Below the pieces are notes generated by a model. The model did not search any database. It worked only from the letters and a program-made list of their open reading frames with translations, and was not told the DNA's origin. DNA of 64,000 nucleotides from Saccostrea echinata (lineage: Eukaryota): assembly GCF_033153115.1 (NCBI RefSeq), contig NW_026889758.1:28210001-28274000 (forward strand), read 5' to 3'. The position numbers and the translations under genes are program-made. Shown here piece by piece: positions 13,433-23,174 of the stretch; the first letter of the stretch is position 1; each line of letters begins with the position of its first letter.

Positions 13433-15058
13433 ATGAAAAGAATAGTCCTGGAAGTTGTGTTCTTGTTCTTGATCCATGCTGTCAACGCTCAGTTCGAAGC
13501 TCTTATTCCATTAATTGGCACCTTAGCTGGTGGTCTTTTAATGGGATTTGGAGTGAACGAAATGAACAACAATATGAATGCCATAAATGGCCCCGTCATG
13601 ATGATGCCAATGAACGGCGGAAGTTCCCCGAGCATGATGATACCAATGAGACCGGTGGGACGACCCCAGACGGTTGCCATGGTAACACCTCTCACTTCAC
13701 CTCAAATGACGAATGGAATGAGTATGGGGTGGCCAATGAATGGGATGGCATATGGGAATGGTATGATGATGCCAATGAATGGAAATAACGGCATGTCATC
13801 AAATGGGAGAAACAGGATGTCAAGTGCCAATGGAATGATGATGATAATGACTGGAGAGGGAATGATGAGAGGAAATATGGGCGGAAATAATGCTATGATG
13901 GTTAGTGAAAACGCTATGAGGAATGGAAATAATGGTATGATGAATAATGGAAACAATGGCGGAATGATGAACAGTGATATGATGAGTGGAAACGGCATGA
14001 TGATGAATGGAGGAAACGGCGGAATGATGAATGGAAACGGCATGATGATGAATGGGGGAAACGGCGGTATGATGAATGGAGGGAACGGCAGAATGATGAA
14101 TGGCAACGGCATGATGATGAATGGAGGAAACGGTGGTATGATGAATGGAAACGGCGGAATGATGAATGGAAACGGCATGATGATGAATGGAAGAAACGGC
14201 GGAATGATGAATGGGGGAAACAGCGGAATGATGAATGGAAATGGTGAAATGATGAATGGAAACGGCATGATGATGAGCAGAGGAAACGGTAGAATGATGA
14301 GTGAAAACGACATGATGATGAACGGAGAAAATGGTGGTATGATGAGCAGAAATCGCGAGATGATGAATGGAAACGTTATGATGATAAACAGTGGAATGAT
14401 GAATGAAAACAGGAGAGTAATAAATGGAGGAATGATGAGTGAAAGTGGCATGATGAGTGGAAACAGGAGATTGATGATAAGCAGTAACGGTAGAATGATG
14501 TTGATTGGAAATGGACGCATGATAATGCAAGAGGGGGGTTCTGCTAGAGATAATGGAGACAGGAGCTCAGCAAGGACGGGAGTCTTGATGCCCGTCAGCC
14601 GAATACCCCGCAATCGATTGCCAGCTTGTAAGTTCACTTTAGCGTGAAATCCACGTGTAAGGTATTCAATGCACGTACTTTTTATAATCTGTCTGCCTTT
14701 TTATTTTGTATTCCAGATATAATGAGGCGAAGAAGGTTACTAGTAGTGTGATCATACAAAACTTTCGAACATATTTCGTTTGCTTATATCCAGAAATCGC
14801 AAACTTGAGGTACATGTATTTTTTAACTTTACATGTATTAAATATATTTTGAATTAACAACATTTTTGAATTAAAAGCATCTATAAGTAAAAAAAGCCCC
14901 GTGACTTTTGAACGCTGACAATCTATGTATAATAGTTAGTGATTTTTTGTTGTTTGTTCTAAATTAGAGTTTTTTTTTTATTTTCAGCTTGTGTTGTTCC
15001 AGCTTCTTTTGCGGGTGTCAGTCAGGGGTCTTGTTTATATCATAATATCATAATGTAA
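13433..15058 (+). CDS. Secreted Met/Asn/Gly-rich low-complexity protein, putative shell-matrix protein (methionine-rich nacre protein-like in composition); coding exons 13433-14627 and 14988-(15058), C-terminus uncertain
   Basis: Signal peptide MKRIVLEVVFLFLIHAVNA and long (MMMNGGNGGMMNGNG)-type repeats. Acceptor TTGCAG|ATG, donor GCTT|GTAAGT at 14627, phase-compatible acceptor TTTTCAG| at 14987. Confidence 0.85.
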
Positions 15059-16431
15059 TATATATTAAGCATAATATTTTGGATGATACTTTTACTGTAT
15101 TTGTTGTTAGATATATAAATATTGTTATCCCATCTATTTTTTTTTTAAAATATAAATCTTTTAACAGCAAAAATGTTGATGGAGTTAAAAGGTAAAATAC
15201 ATCTAATGCCACACATTGTGATGTATTGAATTATTATATATATTTTGTGCGGATTCAATGCAAAATTTCCCTTTTTGGTCCTTTTCAGAGGTGCCTTGTC
15301 GTTAATACAGTAGTATTGTCTTGCATTGCTACACTTCATGGTTCTAACGAAAACTTAGCACTTGCAAATGTTCTATCTAAAGAAAAAGTCAACAGTCCTT
15401 TACTGTCACCTGAGTGTCATAAGTTTCTCAGGACCAACTCAGAGTCTCAGACACTCCTGGGATTGGAATTGTGGACTCATGTGAATTGAAATTTGCAGTT
15501 TCGTAGAAGCTTTTGTTGACTATCAAAGAACAAGGGCGAATAAGAATAGATAAACGCCCATGATTCGTCAAATAAGAAGCTGAAAATTAATCTCAATTAA
15601 ATTAAAAAAAAAATTTTTTTTGCTTGCTGGTTAGAATTTCATAGTTTAACACCTATTCCCTCATGCACTGTTTAAGAATTTTCTTTATTCAAATAAGTAG
15701 ACTGTGTGACCCCTGCTCTTCTCTTGTGTCCCGATTCTGTCAAATTTACCAGCTTTCCACAACTCTTAAATGTGCAAGCGTGAAATCTCATGTTATCGAT
15801 TGAGTGCCTTATTTGTTGTCGTATCTCTTGTGGAACTACAATAATTATTTAAACCTTCCAATTTCTTTTTCTCTGGAACAGATGCGAATTAGAGACTGTG
15901 TCTAATTTTTGAAGTGACAGAGAAACTTTTACACACTAAACGAATGATGGTGGTATATTTTATTTATCATTAAGATCAAGAAGATCGGATCGCACAGCTT
16001 TAAGAGATCGAATGTGGAGTATACTACTACCTTAAAAATACTTTGTGAAGACGCGACATTCGTATTTATTTAAGGATCATATCACAAACACGATGTACAT
16101 GCAAACAATCGTTGAGAGTTGCGTGGCTTTGTTGTAAAAGGGACACAGACACAGTTTTGATGTTTACATCCTTCAAAATTTTCGGTAGAGTTTCATGACT
16201 TATGTGTTGCGACAGGGTTTCGGACTGATTAATTGTAAACAAAACGACAATACAGGTGTGTCCATGTCCCTTGACACATCAATAGTTTGCTTCATGGATG
16301 TTTAAAGTTTAAAGACCAATATAAGCTGATAATTATATACGATTAAAAAAAACAGCATATTTTTCTGAAGAAAATTGAAAACTGTTTTGGTGCAAAGAAG
16401 ACATTTTGGACTTGCTGTTAATTTAAACAAT

Positions 16432-16959
16432 ACCAGAAATATGTCAATAGCACATGAATGCCCCGCCGAGGGTATATTAGCCATGCAAAATTGTAATACA
16501 AATTGAGAAAAGTGAGGTCAAGGTCAAAGGAAAGGTCAAGGTGAAAAAATATTGATGCAGTTGAATAACTTATATCAGTATGTATCAGCATATGAAGTTT
16601 GACACTAATTTAAGAAAAGTGAGGTTAAGGTCAAAGCAGGGTCAAGGTCAAAAATTGTTGATGCAGTTGAAAAGGTTACATCAGTATGCATTAGCATATG
16701 AAGTTTGATAAAAATATTATGAATGGTTTCTTAAAAACTGAGATAAACATTAATTTAAGAAAAGTGAGGTCAAGGACAAAGGAAATGTCAAGGTCAAAAA
16801 ATATTGATGCAGTTGAATAACTCTCATCAGTATGTATCAGCATATGAAGTTTGATAACACTATCTTGAATGGTATCTTTGAAACTGAGCTAAAAACTTAT
16901 TTAAGAAAAGTGAGGTCAAGGTCAAATGAAAGGTCAAGGTAAAAAATATTGATGCAGTT
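16432..16959 (-). mobile_element. Truncated Helentron-like (HINE) element with ~146/107-bp satellite units
   Basis: Reverse complement of the 3' part of the 31266-32520 element (GAATGCCCCGCCGAGGG; repeated GAGGTCAAGGTCAAAGG). Confidence 0.75.
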
Positions 16960-17040
16960 GCTTCGCGGATTATAAAGCGTAAACTGACCCAAACCAGGTT
17001 ATACTCAAATAATTTGGCCAAGAATTAGAGTCATTCCCTA
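16960..17040. repeat. Half-hairpin remnant of the H1 hairpin-ended element family
   Basis: Near-exact reverse complement of 19211-19291, beginning at the GCTTCGC apex. Confidence 0.85.
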
Positions 17041-17379
17041 ATTATTGAAAAGCTGATTTTCAGAACCTGAGGATCGGACTACCTTAAGAGGATTATGTAA
17101 AGGATGACTGCACTGAACGAGACATAAAATTTGCGACAAAATAAATTTTCCTGTAAATTGTAAAAATGGTTAACATCTAAACAACAACTTTGTGTATAAT
17201 TATATTAATTAAAATACTGTACTCGCGAAGTACAAATCCGGTTTCATAGCGGGGGTTATAATCCAGAATTTCTTGAATCTCCATACGAAAATGAGGATGT
17301 CCATTTTTTAATGACTTAATTAATACTGTCAACTCATGTTTGTCTATTGTTCTCCATTTAATGGTAGTTGTATATCTGT

Positions 17380-17585
17380 ATATTGTACACGGGGAAATTT
17401 TGCCCTCATTTTATTTTCGCCACTTTCGTCCTCGTCACAAGTGGGCGAATTAAAAAAATGGGGCGAATTAAAAAAAAAAAGATTTATCTCTTTTACACAA
17501 CTGTGTTTGGAAGAATAAACGGGACAAAATTATTTGCAAGTGTTAAAGGAAATAAAATGGAGCGAAAAGAAACTTGTATACAGTA
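17380..17585. mobile_element. Small Tc1/mariner-type MITE (TACTGTA...TACAGTA-like ends)
   Basis: TATTGTACACGGGGAAATTTTGCC at the left and AAACTTGTATACAGTA at the right, with TA at both ends. Confidence 0.5.
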
Positions 17586-17802
17586 AATAATTTTGTGTCA
17601 AAAGGAGATTTTCAAACAAACGTTTTGTATTGTTTGTTTGTTTTTTTAATATTCGTTCTCTCTTTTAGTACCAAGCATTGTAACCTATTGGATATATATT
17701 ATATATAATTCACAAAGTGATTTTTCACCTCATGTAATGCTCATGTAAGTTACTGCGAATTAAATTTGACCCCCGTTCACACGGGGAATTTAATGCGAAT
17801 TA

Positions 17803-18340
17803 TGCCCTGTTCACACGGAGAGTTTAATTCGAATTAAACGTAAGTTACTGCGAATTAAATTTGATCCGCGTTCACACGGAGAATTTAATGCGAATTAGTT
17901 TAATTCGAATTAGTTTACTGCGCATTAAATTACTTCGCATTAGCTCCGTGTGAACGCTAAGCGAAGCTAATTCGAATTAAATTTTGACGCATGCGTAAGG
18001 GCAGAATTAAGTCACAGGCCACATGCCGATGGTCAAATATAGGTACTTGTGCTATTTTTGAGTGGTAAACAAAGGAAAATTATGTTAATCACTAAAATGT
18101 GTACAGACACTATGACATTACGTCAAATGTATATCTATTCTGCACAATATGACGTGATTTGTAAATGACGTCATAATAGCCTCACTGAATAGACTTGTTG
18201 TAGAAATTACATTATAATTCGCATTAGTTTACTTCGCATTAGCTGTCGTGTGAACGCATTTTAATTCGCATTAGTTTAATTCGCATCATTTTACTTCGCA
18301 TTAATTTACTGCGAATTAAACTCTCCGTGTGAACAGGGCA
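17803..18340 (+). mobile_element. PIF/Harbinger-type MITE copy B (538 bp)
   Basis: TIR TGCCCTGTTCACACGGAGAGTTTAATTCG / ...AAACTCTCCGTGTGAACAGGGCA; TTA TSD on both sides. Confidence 0.92.
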
Positions 18341-18455
18341 TTAGTTTAATTCGAATTAGTTTACTGCGCATTAAATTACTTCGCATTAGCTCCGTGTGAA
18401 CGCTAAGCGAAGCTAATTCGAATTAAATTTTGACGCATACGTAAGGGCAGAATTA

Positions 18456-18993
18456 TGCCCTGTTCACACGGAGAGTTTAATTCGAATTAAACGTAAGTTA
18501 CTGCGAATTAAATTTGATCCGTGTTCACACGGAAAATTTAATGCGAATTAGTTTAATTCGAATTAGTTTACTGCGCATTAAATTACTTCGCATTAGCTCC
18601 GTGTGAACGCTAAGCGAAGCTAATTCGAATTAAATTCTGACGCATGCGTAAGGGCAGAATTAAGTCACAGGCCACATGCCGATGGTCAAATATAGGTACT
18701 TGTGCTATTTTTGAGTGGTAAACAAAGGAAAATTATGTTAATCACTAAAATGTGTACAGACACTATGACATAATGTCAAATGTATACCTGCTCTGCACAA
18801 TATGACGTGATTTGTAAATGACGTCATAATAGCCTCACTGAAAAGCCTTGTTGTAAAAATAAAATTATAATTCGCATTAGTTTACTTCGCATTAGCTGTC
18901 GTGTGAACGCAATTTAATTCGCATTAGTTTAATTCGCACCATTTTACTTCGCATTAATTTACTGCGAATTAAACTCTCCGTGTGAACAGGGCA
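18456..18993 (+). mobile_element. PIF/Harbinger-type MITE copy C (538 bp)
   Basis: Same TIRs; flanks are TTA and ATA (imperfect TSD). Confidence 0.9.
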
Positions 18994-19787
18994 ATAAGTC
19001 ATATGCCACATGTCGGTGGTCAAATATAGGTATTTGTGCTATTTTTGAGTGGAAAACAAAGGAAAACTATCTTGATCACTAAAAACTGTACAGACACTAT
19101 GAAATTATGTCAAATGTACATCTGCTCTGCACAATGTGACGTGATCTGCAAATGACGTCATAATAGCCTAATAGTAGAAATTTATGCCCTGTTCACACGG
19201 AGAGTTTAATTTAGGAATGACTCTAATTCTTGGCCAAATTATTCGAGGATAACCTGGTTTGGGTCAGTTTACGCTTTATAATCCGCGAAGCGGATTATAA
19301 AACAGCGTAAACTGACCCAAACCAGGTTATCCTCGAATAATTTGGCCAAGAATTAGAGTCATTCCTTATAATTTAATTCTAAAATCATTAAACAACTCTG
19401 GGTGTAAAATTTCGTTGCTTTTTATTAGTTCAAATTTGCCGCTCAATAATACAACCCTAGTAACGGAAGTGATGGGAAGCGAGGGGAGGTAAAAACTGAT
19501 ACATAGTCCTAGCCATGTTTTTTGTTTACATGTGGTAAGATCCGAGTTACTGTTTGAAGTTAAAGGTACATTTATTAAATCTGGAATTTTCCATGAATCC
19601 CGAGGACTGGAAATGAGAGGATTGCATGGATACAGACGATTCAGCTGGTTGTCAGGGGGGTGTGTCCCCATACCAAACCAGGTTATACAGAAATAATAGA
19701 CTGTTTCACGATAATTTCCGCACATGCGCATAAAGACTTCCGCAGGGCAAACTACTTTCAATTCTTCCTATGAGTGATCAAAACGGA

Positions 19788-20170
19788 ACACTTATTTACA
19801 CGTCCCAAATAAACAAATTTTATATGAAACTGTGTTTGTTTTTTGTGTTTTTGTAATTATTACATTAAGTTCTTTTGTTTTTTATTTAAATATACGAGAT
19901 GTTTTGTAAAATAAATTTTAAATTCAAGCATGAATCTTGGTGTACTACGGACACTTCCGCGTTTAAAATCAAGATAGGACACTTATTTACACGTCCCCAA
20001 TAAACAGAATTTATATGAAATTGAGTTTGTTTTTTGTGGTTTTGTAATTATTACATTAGGATCTTTTGTTTTTATTTAAATATACGAGATGTTTTGCAAA
20101 AATAAATTATTAAAGCGTCGATTTTAGTGCACTGCGGGCACTTCCGTGTTTACTAATCAAAAGATGGCGA
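19788..20170 (+). repeat. ~191-bp tandem duplication of the YqaJ gene promoter region
   Basis: ACACTTATTTACACGTCCC...CACTTCCG...AAGAT repeats at ~19788 and ~19979. The second copy ends in AAGATGGCG, which contains the start codon. Confidence 0.85.
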
Positions 20171-22936
20171 CCCGGGAGATTTCAAAAGATCCAAAGAGGA
20201 AAAATAAGGAAGTTCTTCAAGAAGTGCCTATCAAATATTTTGCATCTTCCCTGGAAGGTGTTGTACCAGACATTCCAGGTCACGAAAACCTCCCCCCTTT
20301 GCAGTTAGCCTCGTATATTACGGTAACGCCCACTTTCATGCCTCAGATTTCCTTCCAACAAATTTATCAACATATGATTCTCAGGAAAACAACAGATGGG
20401 AAGGAAGTTAATAACCACAGGGGTCTTGACAGAGCCATCAAACATTTCGAAGCTGGTGATATTTCACAAGTTATGATAGCACAGGTAAATTTAAGAAAAT
20501 AAAATTACAAGTGTACACATAATAATTAGAAGAACAATATGATTCTTTTGTCCTTGCACAAACACAATATTCTATCAACATTTTGTATTTCCTAAAATGA
20601 GTTATGAATTTAAATTAATTACAAACTGATAAATTCTTAGCTGTAATAATGTATCCCTCTCCTATAATTTTTATTTGGTGTTTTTAGGAGAGGGCTAGCC
20701 CCCCCCCCCCCCCAAGAAAAAAAACCCACAACAATGGTGAGGGCTAATTATTGCAGCTAATAAATTGTATGTGTATATGAAAATTGAATATGTACATGCC
20801 CACATGTTTATACATGCCCACATGTTTATTTAGTGATATGAAAATGCAAGGTTGCTTACATTTAGATTGACGACTCTGTGGATTATATAAGGGGATCCTG
20901 CTTGGCCTCCATGAAAAAAATCAAGTACCATGTATATATTTGTGTAGAAAACAAGCAAAAAGTCTGCTTTGCCTACTGTGAATGTCCAATTGGGTAAGGT
21001 AGCATTTTTAATAAAATAAAAATTAATTTGATAAAATCCCTTTCTTTATCTTGACTCCTTTCATATATACAGCAAGCATTAACTTCTAGTCTACATTGTA
21101 TCTATAATTAAATTTCATTAAAGTTTGGCCCAGTCATGCAGCCACATAGGCGGTCTACTTTTTTACATTCACCACCTACAACTTAGTGAAAAGCTAATGT
21201 CGGATAGTGCCACCTCTAAATCATGTCAATGGAATGTCCCCCGCCCTATGAAAATGGAACCAAAGCCCTTGAAAGACTGGAACTTAAGTCGACCCAAGTT
21301 GAGCTCGGAAGGCCAGGTTGAGTTCAGGGAAAAGAAACAGATTGACTTTGATCCACGTCACCCAGATCAGAGGGAATTTCAACTTGCTCACTCAATTGAA
21401 CAACTAAAGATTCTTAAGAAAATATTCCCCAAAACTGGTGAGCTTGTAAATTGGATATAGATATGGTATTACAATGTAGTGAAAAATTATGAGATTTGAT
21501 GTTTTAGAATATCTTATATTTTTACACCAATAACACTTCGTAAATACAGCTGATCTTCGGTATCTCGAACACCGATATCTCGAATACCATGGATATGTCG
21601 ATGTCAATTGGAATTGCCAGCCACTTATTCTTTAGGTATTTAACCCTTGATATCTTGAATACTCGGATATCTCAGTTTTTTTTCTTGGTCCCATTGAGTT
21701 CGAGATAACGAGGTTTGTCTGTATTTCAAATAATATAAAATGATCAATAAATCATGCCTTGCAACAGTGAATGTATTTATTAGGTTCTTACAATAAACAA
21801 AAGATCAAATTTAATATATGATTTAAAATGTCAGGTATGTGTCATTTATGGATGATCCCAGATGAAACACCAGAAGTAGTAAAAGAAGTGGAGGTACAGA
21901 CATCTGAGGATCCTATGGAGATGGCAATGAAGGCACTAATTCTGTCCAAGGAGAACTGTAAGAAAAAATAAACACAGAATTCAGATTATATAATTACTTG
22001 TAACTGATCAGAATTCAAATTTATTTTCCATGTTTTTATAATAGTGCCGATGGCAATCTCAATTGATGAAAACCTCAGCTTATTCATTGAGGAGAGAACC
22101 CAGGGCCAAAGATGTTGTCCAATATGGAGAGAGCTGCACAAAGGGAGAATAACCAGTTCTCTCTTTGGTGCAGTTCTCGGCTCTGGTGCTAACCCTAACT
22201 CCCTGGTAGACCAGATAATTAAAGGATCTGGTCTAGACAGGTACAGTACATTTCATGCAAAAAATTTAACATTTTGGAATTAAAACACTTATTGATTACA
22301 TTCATGAATGTTTATTTTAGATACCAGTCACTGCCCAAAGCAATACAGTGGGGCATAGACCATGAAAAGGAAGCCCTCCAGGACTATCTCTGCCTCCAGA
22401 ATTGCGTTACTAATCTAACAGTGGAACCATCAGGACTTACCATATATCCATCTCATGCATTTTTAGGTGCCTCTAGTGATGGATGGATATATGATAAGTC
22501 CATGCCAGTGGGTAACCAGAAAGGGGTGCTGGAAATTAAATGTCCTTATTCTATTTCCAATGAAGTCATCACAGACAGAGAGGTACAACAGTAGCATTTT
22601 TTTTTTTCCCATTTATTCAGCTTAATTGTTTTTTGAATTGCTGATCTACAGAAATTTAATTTATAGGTGCATGAACTTGCTGGACAAGGTGGTTTCTGTC
22701 TGGAGATGACTGATGAGGGCCCTCGCTTGAAAAGATCCCACAAATACTATGCCCAGATTCAGGGAGAGATGGCCATCATGGGTTGCTCATGGGGAGATTT
22801 TGTGGTTTGGACAGCTGCCTCTCAGAGCAATTGCTTTATCGAGAGAGTTTATTTCGATGTTACCTTTGTAACTTCAATGATGCCCAAACTTGTAGAATTT
22901 TTTGTTAGTTATATTTCACCTTCTTATACTAAATAG
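20164..22936 (+). CDS. ISL2EU accessory protein: SWIM zinc finger plus YqaJ/lambda-exonuclease-like PD-(D/E)xK nuclease, ~537 aa; exons 20164-20484, 20866-20993, 21124-21437, 21835-21957, 22045-22240, 22321-22582, 22667-22936
   Basis: All introns are GT-AG and phase-compatible, giving 1614 nt open. SWIM CECPIGLAQSCSH. YqaJ motifs TQGQ..W...HKGRITSS, WGIDHE, LGASSDG, LEIKCP, YYAQIQGEM. Confidence 0.9.
21547..21721. mobile_element. Tc1/mariner-pogo-type MITE in YqaJ intron 3
   Basis: TA|CAGCTGATCTTCGGTATCTCGAAC ... GTTCGAGATAACGAGGTTTGTCTG|TA. Confidence 0.8.
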
Positions 22937-23174
22937 TAAAACTCCATGATACCTCATTGAAACCTGTGTTGATTGACCAATTTGTCTTTGCATAATATTT
23001 CTGATAATTTTAGCCATCAGATCAAATGAGGACCTTATCATTTTAACTTTATAGAAGAAAACATTCAAGAAGTAGTGTTCAACATTTCCACTTCTGTCTT
23101 CCCACCTATTCAATTCATACCATTATGCAGGCGTTAAAGGAATACTTGAAGTTTTAAATTGTTCTTTAACTTAC

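Noticed and set aside
13702-14637. 311-aa and 236-aa antisense ORFs (Ile/Pro/Phe-rich and His-rich)
   Set aside because: By-products of ATG/AAT/GGA repeats on the sense strand, which lack antisense stops. The signal peptide and splice sites support only the + frame.
17745-19210. Repeated GTTCACACGG/GCGAATTA motifs resembling a CRISPR array or satellite
   Set aside because: Fully explained by nested MITE copies with TIRs and TTA TSDs; no unique spacers or cas genes; eukaryotic context.
19366-19761. 131-aa minus-strand ORF
   Set aside because: Spans the H1/ISL2EU junction, so it is chimeric; no recognisable motif.
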